Below, one piece after another: positions 27,297 to 39,285 of a stretch of DNA of 64,000 nt. A model generated the notes under the pieces. It worked only from the letters and a program-made list of their open reading frames with translations. It made no database searches and had not been told where the DNA came from. Source of the DNA: Octopus vulgaris (Eukaryota); assembly GCA_951406725.2 (NCBI GenBank), contig OX597824.1, positions 72,850,001-72,914,000 on the forward strand, given 5' to 3'. The translations under genes were made by a program, and so were the position numbers. Each line of letters opens with the position of its first letter. Position 1 is the stretch's first letter.

Positions 27297-27720
27297 GGTA
27301 ACAAGATCAAAGTGATTTCTTCAATTTTATTATTTTTGTTGATGTTGGAGTATATGGGAGCTATCGATCTTACATCAAGACCGGAAAAATCAGAGTATGA
27401 ACCAAACATTTTGGCCGGACCTGCATGAACCCAAAGGGATAATCTGAAAGTGGAATGGACAATGAATTCTCATCTTGGTTAAGTTATGTCTTAAGATCAT
27501 AAGTTTCCTTTCTCTGTTTTCTTTATTAAATAAAATCTTTTAACTTTTGAAATTATTTGTTTTCAATATATGATTTTGTTTAAAAATAGTTCCATTTTAC
27601 CCTGCAAATTTCTTTAATAATCATATTGATGATGGATCAGGTCGGAAAATTTATTATATTGATAGCTTGTTTAAAAATCTCTAATACCTCCATGCAGCCA
27701 ATGAGGCTTGGTTATTGCTA

Positions 27721-27753
<33 letters not shown>

Positions 27754-28060
27754 TACTTCTTTTGTACTTTGAAGTTGGCATATAATAAAAGAATATTCAA
27801 ACTGTGTGTATGTTGACGGTGACGATGGTTAACGGTAACTTGCATCATTTAAATTATCACATTAGTAACAGACATCTTGCAATCAGAATTCCAGGATCCA
27901 ATGTCTCCAGAATATAAGAAGGAATCTGACTGAAAAAAAGAAAAAGGAAAGATATCAGAGAATAAATAAATAAATAAATCTATATATATGGCGGTGCCCC
28001 AGCATGGCCACAGCTCATAAGCTGAAACTAGAATCAATCAATCAATCATATATGTATATA

Positions 28061-28094
<34 letters not shown>

Positions 28095-28616
28095 ATATCA
28101 ATAAAATATATATATATGCATATATACATACATACACATATGTACTTACCTACATATATATGTATATATACATGCATATAAGGGTACAGGGCATTCAAAA
28201 AAACGTTGAACACAATGAGAAATGAAAACATAAAAACAAAAAGATAGAAACAAACATTTTTTTCGAACAACGAAACAAACAACATAAAGAATATTCCCCT
28301 TCTTCAGTTGTCCCTGTTTCATCTTCTCACCTTCGAAACATGGAGTAGATGAGAAACAGGGATAACTGTTTAAGATTTAATTTAATATATATATTTGTGT
28401 TTGTGTGTGTGAAACTGATAAACTAAATTCAATTTACGATAAAAATTTGCAGTTTCATTTTGATGAAAATACCAGCATCTTCAGAGTAAATCATTTGAAT
28501 GCAGTTGGCCTGCGTTTAGTGTCTCTGACTGTCATCCACATCCACTCCATTGGTTGTACTATTTTTCTTTCACCAGCGTGGCCAATGAGACACATTGCAT
28601 TTTATTATATGCAAGA

Positions 28617-29490
28617 TGGTGGAAGGCACCGAGCTGGCAGAAACATTAGCATGCCGGACGAAATGCTTAGCGGTATTTCGTCTGGTGTTACATTCTGAGG
28701 CGAGCTGGCAGAAACATTAGTATGCCGGGCGAAATGATTAGCTGTATTTCATCTGCCGTTACGTTCTGAGTTCAAATTCCACCGAGGTCGACTTTGCCTT
28801 TCATCCTGTCGGGGTTGATTAAATAAGTACCGGTTATGCACTGGGGTCGATGTAATCGACTTAATCCGTTTGTCTGTCCTTGTTTGTACCCTCTGTGTTT
28901 AGCCCCTTGTGGGTAGTAAAGAAATAGGTATTTTGTCTGGTGTTACGTTCTGAGTTCAAACTCCGCAGAGGTCAACTTTGCCTTTCATCCTTTCGGGGTC
29001 GATAAATTAAGTACCAGTTACGCACTGGGGTTGATGTAATCGACTTAATCCCTTTGTCTGTCCCCTCTGTGTTTAGCCCCTTGTGGGCAATAAAGAAATA
29101 AGAAACATTAGCATGCTGGGTGAAATGCTTAGCGGTATTTCATCTGTCTTTATGTTCTGAGTTCAAATCCAACTGAGGTTGACTTTGCCTTTCATCCTAT
29201 TGGGGAAGATAAATTAAGTACCAGTCATGTACTGAGGTCGATCTAATCGACTGGCCCCCTCCCCCAAAATTTCAGGCCTTGTGCCTAGAGTAGAAATGAA
29301 TTGTTAGCACACCGGGCGAAATGCTTAGCAGTATTTTGTCTGTCTATACGTTCTGAGTTCAAATTCTGTCGAGGTTGACTTTACCTTTCATCCTTTTGGG
29401 GTTAATAAATTACGTATCAGTTGAGTACTGGGGTCGATGTAATCGACTATCCCCTTTCCCCAAATTTCAGGCTTTGTGCCTATAATAGAA
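28617..29490 (+). mobile_element. Tandem cluster of SINE family B (Deu/Nin-like domain). Other copies: 18710-18940(-), 34208-34427, 34810-35040, 40765-40996(-), 42262-42450(-), 45006-45236(-)
   Basis: GAGTTCAAATTCC B box; GCCTTTCATCCTTTCGGGGTCGATAAATTAAGTACC resembles the Deu/Nin domain; AAAGAAATA tail. Confidence 0.88.
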
Positions 29491-30781
29491 AGGATCATAT
29501 GTAAGATGGTGTAGAGGTGATGAAAAATATAACACAAAGGAGAGATGAAGAAATTTAAAGACAAAACAGAGGAAATGGGACAAAAAAAAAATTGAAAAAA
29601 AGGAAATGTCTTTAACATTTTGAGCATTCAATCTTTTTCAGAAAGATAGATTAGACATAAACAGGAAAGAGGAGTGGAAGAAAACTGGAGAAATTGTAAC
29701 TTACATGTGTACATAAACACACATACACATACATACATGTAAATATTTTTTATTGTTGTTTTTGTATAGCCCCAGGCCAGCTCTAATCAAGCAGATCTAT
29801 GAACAAACGTATTTCAGCTATGACCATCCCTTTCTTTTTGGCTCATTTGTTATTTTAAACAGGAATATTGCACTACATTATCCAACGTTTCCTGTCCCAT
29901 TTTGTGAAGTGAGTAAGTGTGGTTCTGAAGAGACTAGGCTTCTATTTATAGCACATCAAGCGGCTGTATGTAGGTTCTACTGGTGTCTAGTATTGATGCT
30001 GTTGTTGGCAGCGAAGGAGGAGAAGGAGAAAGGAAGAACAAGGAGATAGGGAAAAGGAGAAGGCAGAGCAGGAAGAAGGAGAAGGATGCTAAATTCTGTA
30101 ACTGAAATCATTGATAACTCTCACTTTACTCACTGCATCAGTGTATATAGCTTGTACAACTCTCACAAGTCATTCATCTACATCTAGTTTCCTTAATGGC
30201 CATCAGATCACTAAGTACTCTTTCAAAGGCCCTCTCCAAATCAACAAAAACCAAGAATAGTGGTTTATTTTTAACCAAGTATTTCCCCTGCAGTTGCCTC
30301 ACTAAGAAGATAGCATCTGTGGTACCCCCTTTGAGCATGAAGCCAAACTGCATCTCATCTAGCTCTACTCTGTCACAGATTAATTGTACTACAACTTTCT
30401 CTGGGAACGTCATAACCTGATCACGAAGTTTGATTCATCCTCTCACAGAAGCAACGTCATTGTCCTTGTGGCTTTTATGAAGACACATCTAGGCTAGTTA
30501 CTGAGTATGACAGCTTCCTGTATAACCTGGATTTGTCTATGCATCCTACATCATCAGATATCTTGAGTATCTCTGCAACAATCCCTAACGAATACACAAC
30601 TTTCTTAATCACTTTATCTACCAAGCTACTGTAAACTTAAATTGGGCCAGCATCAGTATGAGGCAGCACTTCTATATTCCATGCATTCTCCACATTCAGA
30701 AGCCTCTCGTAATAACAATTCCATGCCACTTTCTTGTCTTCCATGTGTATGATGAGTATGCCTTCATCATTCTGAATATAC

Positions 30782-31121
30782 AATTGCAGCGTGGAAGGTG
30801 TTTGTAAGCCATTTAAGAAACACACAAAAGCCGTTTGATTCACTTCAACATTTAAGTTTAATTTGTCAAAATATTTTCGTCGCTATAAGACCGCAACCTG
30901 TTCACTGACAAAAATCTATGCTGCATCACCGATTTTTGTCAGTGAACAGGTTGTGGTCTTATAGCGACGAAAAAAAAAAAAAAAATATTAAATGTTGAAG
31001 TGAATTGAACGGCTTTTGTGTGTTTCTTAAATGGCTTACAAACACCTTCTATGCTGCAATTGTTTTCGTTCCAGCACACGATCTCAGATCAAATCACTTG
31101 CTATGCAAGTACATCTCCGTA
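30782..31121. mobile_element. Palindromic hammerhead-bearing insertion with 13-bp TSD inside an RTE remnant
   Basis: Inverted repeat about 30780-31063 plus tail; ATTCTGAATATAC at 30769-30781 and 31122-31134. Confidence 0.82.
30862..30912 (-). ncRNA. Minimal hammerhead motif with G3:C8 swapped core
   Basis: tttgtca GTGAACA g gttgc-ggtcttata-gcgac GAAA atat TT tgacaaa. Confidence 0.7.
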
Positions 31122-31802
31122 ATTCTGAATATACTTCTTGCCAAACTCAGAACCTGAAGATGGACCAAAATACTGCTAAGCACTTTGTACAGAATGCTAA
31201 GAATTCTGTCTCAGTTCTTTCTCACACACTGCCTTGCAATCCTGAACACATCATGCTTCTGCGCCTCATGTAGGACATGTGCAAATCTCTTCCTTTCTGC
31301 CTCACCCTTAGCCAAGTATACCTGCCACTTATCTGCTCTTCTAACCATTTGATACTGCTCCCTAATACCAATATCCTTCCAGATTTCCCAAGCCTGTCCC
31401 TGTCTCTTAGCCTTAACTATCCTATCAACCATTATGTTACCTTCAATTTGGTTATGGCTTTGTCCCAGCTATATGTTTGATCTGTAGCACAAGGCAGATT
31501 ATTTCTTAGAAATTCCCAACAGTCATATATGTCAGTTAAAATTCCTCTAAACCTATTTGCAACTATGGGATTTCTTACATATGAATGTGTGTGTATATAT
31601 ACATACACACATTCGTATGAATGCATATATGTATGTAAGGTGGTAAGCAGATGGAATTGTTAGCATGCTGGACAAAGGGCTAAGCAGTATTTTGGCCATC
31701 TTCACATTCTGAGATCAAATGCCATGAAGGTTGACTCTGCCATTCATCCTTTCAGTGTCAATAAATTAAGCACTAGTCAAGTACTGAAAAAAAAAAAAAA
31801 AG

Positions 31803-32134
31803 TGAGACCCCCTCCAGTCATGAATGACCATGGGATTGCATCTAGAAAGTTACCCTCTGAGGCACAAGTCCGAGCAAGGTTATTTATGGAAGACCAACAG
31901 TCACCCATGCATACCGGCCTCCCCTCTCCACGCCACTGATGTTTTCCAAGGGAAAGGCAAAGGCTGATGCAGCTTGGCACCAGTGACATTGCAACTCATT
32001 TCTACAGCTGAGTTAACTGGAGCAACGTGAAATAAAGTGTCTTGCTCAAGAACACAACATGCAGCCCAGTCCGGGATCCGAACTCACAACCTCATGACCG
32101 TAAGCTTGATGCTCCAACCACTGAGCCATGTGCC
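31803..32134 (-). mobile_element. tRNA-derived SINE family E (V-domain-like). Other copy: 47255-47590(+)
   Basis: TGGCTCAGTGG...GAGTTCGGATCCC head, then GTGTTCTTGAGCAAGACACTTTATTTCAC. Confidence 0.8.
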
Positions 32135-32136
32135 AA

Positions 32137-32453
32137 TCTCCTGACATGAACCCAACTGAAAATCTTTGGAATATACTAGATAGAACTATATGAAAAACTC
32201 GAAAGAAACCTAAATCTAAAAATGAATTGTTTCGATTGTTGCATGAAAAGTGGGCAGAAATTCCACAAGAGACAATCACAAAGCTCATCAGTTCAATACC
32301 AAAAAGAGTTTCTGAATTAAAACTGCAAAGGGAATGTCAACTATATACTAAAGTATGTAGTCCTACCTATCGATTACATTTCAATTGTTCACTTAGTGTA
32401 TTAAATAAAAGATTTTGAAAATTAAAGGTGTCTATTTACTTCCTGCATGTCTG
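32137..32453 (+). mobile_element. Tc1 transposase 3' remnant
   Basis: SPDMNPTENLWNILDR...WAEIPQETITKLISSIPKRV with a stop and a frameshift; ends CTG-TA. Confidence 0.8.
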
Positions 32454-32920
32454 TATACACACATATATATATATACATATATATATATATCATCATCATC
32501 ATCATCGTTTAACGTCCGTTCTCCATGCTAGCATGGGTTGGACGGTTCGACCGGGGATCTGGGAAGCCAGAAGGCTGCACCAGGCTCCAGTCTTATCTGG
32601 CAATGTTTCTACAGCTGGATGCCCTTCCTAACGCCAACCACTCCGTGAGTGTAATGGGTGCTTTTTACGTGCCACCTGCACAGGTGCCAGGCAAGGCTGG
32701 CAACGACCACGGTTGGATTGGTGTATTTTACGTGCCACCGGCACGGAAGCCAGTCGAGGCAGCGCTGGCATCGGCCACGAGTCGGATAGTGCTTTTTATG
32801 TACCACCAGACCAGGGATCCTGGCTGGTTCAATTCGATTTCGATTTTGATTTTTATATATATATATTTGTATGTATATATATATATACTTTATTTAAAGC
32901 AGCAGAAAATTCAACAAAAC

Positions 32921-32958
32921 CTGTTACTCTAAGTTTCACGTTGCCGTTCGTCGGACAG
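32921..32958 (-). ncRNA. Minimal hammerhead motif, U4C core variant
   Basis: ctgt CCGACGA acg-gcaa-cgt GAAA ct-tag-ag TA acag. Confidence 0.72.
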
Positions 32959-32981
32959 TTTTTGCTAGAATCTAGCAAAAA

Positions 32982-33019
32982 CTGTCCGATGAATGGGAAC
33001 GTGAAACTCAGAGTAACAG
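32982..33019 (+). ncRNA. Minimal hammerhead motif, U4C core variant
   Basis: ctgt CCGATGA atg-ggaa-cgt GAAA ct-cag-ag TA acag. Confidence 0.72.
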
Positions 33020-35059
33020 GTTTTGTTGAATTTTCTGCTGCTTTAAATAAAGCATATTACTCTACCACTGGTATTTGAGTACTCTTTTTTCCACCTTGTT
33101 TCACATTTATGTGTTTACTCCGATATATATATATATAAATTCATTTATATAATATATTACTCATTTGTGTGTGTGTGTGCATGTGTTGTAATATCTAATT
33201 TCATGGGAAAGGTTACATGTTTAGTATGGCTTTATTTTTTGCTTTATTTATATTATATACTGACTTGAATGCAAGATGAAGTATCTCAATTCTTATGATT
33301 GTTAGTCATGTGATCTAGCAGGCAGTCAGCTATTACCTCAGTATTTCATATGTTTGAAGTTGTGACAGGAGGAACAGTATGACATTTCATCCTTGCACAC
33401 AGGTCACCACTTAAAAAAAAAAATAATAAAATAAAATAAAAGGGAGAAAAAAAACAGTAGAAGGGGAAAATAAATAAATAACTAGACATCTCCCCCACCT
33501 GCCCTTATTCCCCATGAAACATTCTTTCACCAGTTCACTGTATCAAATTTCATTAGCCATCACATTGTATTCACCTGAATGTGTATAACAAAACTTCATT
33601 TTTCTTACATATATTTGAGCTAATAATCTCAGGTGAGCAGGCATTTTTGTCGCTGGTTCTCCTAGTAGCAGCAGCTGCTGCTGCTACTACTAATGGTGAT
33701 GGCAGGAATTACTGGCAGGTCATCAGCCTGACAGATGCAACAGGCTTTCTCATATGTAATATAGTCAATTGAGAAACTTTGATCGGCTGAGATTATCCAA
33801 AGAAATTAATAGACAAAAAAAAAAGGGAGGAAAAATAGCAAAACAAAGAAAAAAACTGCAAAAACCTCCCTCTAGAAATTTTGAAAAGTTTAAAAACAAA
33901 GAACAAGTGAAGGGAAGTAACTTCGATAAGATCAGTTGATTGAAATTTTTGGACATTATAGACAATGCAGATTGGAATGGATCTGGTATTTAAAAGCATT
34001 ACGTTCAAGGGTTATAACTGATCGAATTGGTTTAGTGCATTACTGATAATGTACATTTTATTGATATTGGAGAGATAAAGGTCACAGCTGAAATCTGGCA
34101 TGATTTGAACTTAAAAGTAAAAGGACATAACTAAATACCATAAAGTATTTTGTATGGGTCTCAACTATTTCCACCATTAAAACTGTAAGCAGGTTGAGCA
34201 ACTAAAAAGGCGGCGAGCTGGCAGAAACGTTAGTGTGCTGGGCGAAATGCTTAATGGTATTTTGTCTGCCGCTACGTTCTGAGTTCAAATTCCGCCGAGG
34301 TCGACTTTGCCTTTCATCCTTTCGGGGTCGATAAATTAAGTACCAGTTATGCACTGGGGTCGATATAACTGACTTAATCTGTTTGTCCTCCCTATGTTTA
34401 GCCCCTTGTGGGTAGTAAAGAAATAGGTCGAGCAACCATGTTGAAGTTCTCTCTTTGGTTTGTGTAAGGACTGGGGTCAATTTAATTGAATGTTCTGTGT
34501 CCACAAGTGTGTGACCATATGTCAATGATAGACATTATTATTATGAGCAGGGAGAAGAGTCCGAGTCTGTGCGATATTTTTCTCTGGCTCTTTATGTTCT
34601 GAATTCAAATACCACAAAGGGTGACTTTACCTTTCATCCTTTTAGAGTTGATGAAATAAAGTACCAAGCACAGGTGTAGCTGTGTGGTAAACAGCTTGCT
34701 CCCCAACTACATGGTAGTGGATTCAGTCTCACTGTGGCAAGTGTCTTCAGCTATAGCCTTGGGTAAACCAAAGCCTGGTGAGTGGATTTGCTAGACAGAA
34801 ACTGAAAGCAGTGAGCTGGCAGAAACATTAGCATGCTGGGCAAAATGCTTAGCAGTATTTCGTCTGCTGCTATGTTCTGAGTTCAAATTCCGCCGAGGTC
34901 AACTTTGCCTTTCATCCTTTTGGGGTTGATTAAATAAGTACCAGTTACGCACTGGGGTTGATATAATCGACTTAATCTGTTTGTCTGTCCTTGTTTGTCC
35001 CCTCTGTGTTTAGCCCCTTGTGGGCAGTAAAGAAATAAGAAACTGAAAGAAACCGGTCG

Positions 35060-35124
<65 letters not shown>

Positions 35125-35780
35125 CTTTGTGTCTGTGTTTGTCCTCCACTGCCATTTGACAATCAATGTTGGTGTGTTTATGTCCCTATAACTCAGCGGT
35201 CAGGCAACAGAGACAAATAGAATAAGTACTGGAGTCAATTTATTTTTGTTATATTTTACTCATTTCAGTAATTTGACTGTAGTCATGCTGGGGCATGGCT
35301 GCAGACAAATGTGATACCAGCACCAGCAGGGTCACAAAGTAACTTGCAAGTCAAGAAACTTGAGAGGGAAGGGGGCATTTTTATTCATTTTTTAATATTT
35401 TCTAAACCCCAACCAGGCCACTCCTAACCTCACTTTTATATTGTGAGTAGTCATATAGGTTCTGTTCCAGCTCCATTCACACTTTAACCCCTCACCTCTT
35501 AACATAAAACTGCTATCCTCTCTACTGTAGCCCCACTCAGTCAGAGGGATCTAAGTCTTGCAGGCTGCATGGTGGCCTTGCTAGTGTTGGTGTCTCAAAC
35601 AAAGCGTCCTGTGCACTTAGTTAAGCTGTTGGCATTAGGAAGGGCATCCAGCCATAGAAACCTTACCAAATCAAACAATGGAGCCCGACTCAGGCCACTG
35701 GCTTGCTGGATCCTGCCAAACCATCCAAACTATGCCAGCATGGAATTTTAACATTACATGATGATGATGATAATGATATA

Positions 35781-35921
35781 CAGTTGTAGCAAAAAGTTTG
35801 GAACATAGGTCTGAAAATTAGAATTTTTATATTAAGTGCCCAAAGTTATATTTGGTTGGAGCATATATTGGGCATATCAATTTTAATTTTTTTTAAATGT
35901 TGCAAATTTTGGCCATGACTG
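35781..35921. mobile_element. Tc1-type MITE, degenerate
   Basis: TA-CAGTTGTAGCAAAAAGTTTGGAACAT ... ATGTTGCAAATTTTGGCCATGACTG-TA. Confidence 0.6.
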
Positions 35922-35928
35922 TACACCA

Positions 35929-35980
<52 letters not shown>

Positions 35981-36159
35981 CATCCAGATCATACTCACAT
36001 GGAAAAGTGGGTATAGAATGATGATGAACAGAAAGGGATGTAACTAAATACCACAATGCATTTTTCATCCCTCCCAACTTAGTCCACTTCATGCATCAGT
36101 CTTATCTTTAGTAACTTAAATGTTGGAATGGGAAAAGATAAAATAATTAATATCAATCA

Positions 36160-36855
36160 CCAAACCAAAATCATAGCTGTGGCCAGTACCCCCTGAATCC
36201 CGTTGTGGTGGAATGTAATAAGCACCATCTGAATGGGGCCGATGCCAGGCCCACCTGACTGGCTCCCGTGCCAGTAGCACATTAAATGCATCATCCAAAC
36301 GTGGTCGATGCCAGTACCCCCTGACTGGCTCCTGTGCCGATAGCACATAAAAAGCACCATCCAAATGTGGTCAATGCCAGGTCCGCGTGACTGGCTCCCG
36401 TTCTGGGGTCACGTAACAAGCGCCATCTGAATGTCACCGATGCCAGTGCCCCCTGACTGGCTCGCGTACTGGTTGCACATAAAAAGCACTATCTGAATGT
36501 GATCGATGCCAAGGCTGCCTGATTGGCTCCCATGCTGGTAGCATATAAAAAGCACCATCCAAATGTCGCTGATGCCAGCGCCCCCTGACTGGTTCCCATG
36601 CCAGTGGTATATAAAAAGCACTTTCCGAACACGATCGATGCTAGGCTCACCTGACTGGCTCCTGTGCTGGTGGCAATTAAAAAGCACCCACTACACTCTT
36701 GGAGTGGTTGGTGTTAGGAAGGGCATCCAGCTGTAGAAACATTGTCAGATCAGATTGGAATCTGGTGCAGCTGCTGGCTTTCCAGACCTCAATCAAACCA
36801 TCCAACCCATGCCAGCATGGAAAACAAACGTTAAATGATGATGATGATGATGATG
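36160..36855 (+). mobile_element. Retroposon family C with internal 66-bp tandem array and (GAT)n tail. Other copies: 1-130(-), 6960-7345(-), 10664-11065, 15195-15510(-), 32490-32850(-), 49490-50110
   Basis: Shared GGTTGGYGTTAGGAAGGGCATCCAGCTGTAGAAA...CAACCCATGC 3' block; unit number differs between copies. Confidence 0.85.
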
Positions 36856-37202
36856 AGGCCATTGAGATGATGTGTTACAGGTGAGATCAGCTGAGCAAGC
36901 TGTAAAACAAATGATTCAGTCTCGGAGGACAAGGGAGCAAAAAATAATGACAATAGTCTGATGGTGAAATCTGATGGTGTTATCAGGGCTCAGACTTTCT
37001 GTGCCTGAATGAAAAAAGATTAAGATGGGAGTGACAACATCAAGGGCTGTGTATAGCTGCAGCACAAGACCACACTATGTGACAAGGAGTGGTTGTGTCT
37101 GAGGCTGTTGACCAGCAGCCATGAGAAAGGAAATATTCATTTCATTCATTCTATTGATTATTTTACTGAACATTCTAGAATCAACAACAAAGTGTTCCAA
37201 AA

Positions 37203-37223
37203 ATAATAGTAATAATAATAATA

Positions 37224-37259
<36 letters not shown>

Positions 37260-37341
37260 GTAATAATAATAATAATAGTAATAATAATAATAATAATAAT
37301 AATGATAATAATAATAATAATGATAATGATAATAATAATAA
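37203..37341. repeat. (AAT)n microsatellite
   Basis: Read directly. Confidence 0.97.
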
Positions 37342-37342
37342 T

Positions 37343-37801
37343 GTGCTACAGCAAATATTCTGCTCAATACCACAGATTTGCTTGTCAGTTGTTTGACCAT
37401 AACCAGTTGAGCATGTCCCTTAGTGGCTGACGATATGTGCATTTCTGATCACGAGCAGAAGTAGTGGGGTAGCATCATAGCCATGTGTTGAGAGGGATTC
37501 TTTGGGGTTTGAATAGTTCACCTCTGGAAACATGGGTGGTTCTTTCAACATCCTTAAACAACCCTTATTCAGGGACCGTTTGAGCGGGATGGGCTACTCA
37601 ACCTGAAGAAAATTCTAACTGGGCCCCACCTGCAAGGTCATGTGCTGTTTATCTTGATATGAGATCACCATGTCGCGCACATATGGTTGTGATGCATGTG
37701 CCTGGTGTACCTTTATCAGACGGGTAGTCATGATGGGTATATTGGGCTTCGTATATTTTACCCCAGTGTCACTTTGATGGCATGAACTGCTCTCTCACTC
37801 A
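37343..37801. mobile_element. Interspersed repeat inside (TAA)n, shorter copy
   Basis: Highly similar to 38558-39115; (AAT)n on both sides. Confidence 0.8.
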
Positions 37802-38520
37802 ATTATAATAATAATAATAATAATAATAATGGTTTCAAATTTTGGCACAAGACCAGTAAGGTTGGGAGGAGTAAGTCAATTATATCGACCCCCAGTCCTC
37901 AACTGGTTTCTTATTTTATTGACCCTGAAAGAATGAAAGGAAAAGTTGACCTAGGTGGAATTTGAACTCAGAACATTCAGAGACAGACAAAATGCCATTA
38001 AGCATTTTGCCTAGTGCAGTAACGATATAAGAATGATGATGATAATGCTTTAAGAATGATGATAATGATGATGATGGTCACACCCATTGATTTCAACATA
38101 CAAGTGTTTGAAGGAAAGGAGTAAAAATGAAAGAAGCTGCATTTGTGATGGATACATGAATGAAATTTCAGTCCAGGTATGGATTTTGCTATGAAGTCTA
38201 CAATAGGGACAATGATGATTTTGATTTTGCCTGGGAAATGACAAATGTGTCTGTTAATCGCAAGATATAATTCTACCTACGACTATAGACAAAAGGCCTG
38301 AAATTTTGGCAGAGGGATAAGTCGATTACATTGCCCCCCCTCCCCCACCTACTGAACTGGTATCTATTTTATTGAAAGGATAAGAGGCAAAGTTGACCTC
38401 AGTGGAATATGAATTCAGAACATAAAGATGAATGAAATGCCTCCTAAGCATCTTGTCTGATGTGCTAATGGTTCTGCTAGCTCACCGCTGCTGCAGCTAC
38501 TGATAATAATAATAATAATG

Positions 38521-38557
<37 letters not shown>

Positions 38558-38559
<2 letters not shown>

Positions 38560-39115
38560 GCCCTGATGCAGTACCAGACAGTGGCTCTCATGGCTTCTGA
38601 TCTTAACTGATTGGAAGTGTTATCATGTACATTGTTTTGTCTTGGTATAAAAGATGGGCTACAGCAAATATTCTGCTCAATACCACAGATTTGCTTGTCA
38701 GTTGTTTGACTATAACCAGTTGAGCATGTCCCTTAGTGGCTGACGATATGTGCATCTCTGATCACGAGCAGAAGTAGTGGGGGAGCATCATAGCCATGTG
38801 TTGAGAGGGATTCTTTGGGGTTTGAATAATTCACCTCTGGAAACATGGGTGTTTCGTTCAACATCCTTAAACAATCCTTATTCGGGGACCTTTTGAGCAG
38901 GATGGGCTGCTCGACCAGAAGAAAATTCTAACTGGGCCCCACTTGCAAGGTCATGCGCTGTTTATCTTGATATGAGATCATCATGTCACGTACATATGGT
39001 TGTAATGCATATGCCTGGTGTACCCTTATCAGACGGGTAGTCATGATGGGTATACTGGGCTTCATATATTTTACTCCAGTGTCACTTTGATGGCATGCTC
39101 TGCTCTCTCACTCAC
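38558..39115. mobile_element. Interspersed repeat inside (TAA)n, longer copy
   Basis: Second copy; (AAT)n on both sides. Confidence 0.8.
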
Positions 39116-39285
39116 TAATAATAATGATGATGATGATGATAATAATAATAATATCAATAATAATAATGGTTTCAAATTTTGCCACAAGGACAAAGTCATG
39201 AAGCTGTAAGATGGTATATGATTAATTGAAAGCAATGTGAATAAGTTATATTTGATAAAGTAATCCGCAAGCTAATCGGTTAAAA

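Larger units (their letters stand above)
30120..31560 (-). mobile_element. RTE-like LINE RT remnant
   Basis: QFGFMLKGGTTDAIFLVRQLQGKY...FVDLERAFERV; WNCYYERLLNVEN. Confidence 0.8.
32888..33122. mobile_element. Palindromic non-autonomous element (165-bp hairpin plus tail) inserted in (TA)n, PLE-repeat-like
   Basis: 32888-33052 is an inverted repeat centred on 32970 with 4 mismatches; TA repeats on both flanks. Confidence 0.8.

Noticed and set aside
36221-36690. CRISPR-like periodic array
   Set aside because: The whole 66-bp unit is homologous between repeats, there are no unique spacers or cas genes, and the context is a eukaryotic retroposon
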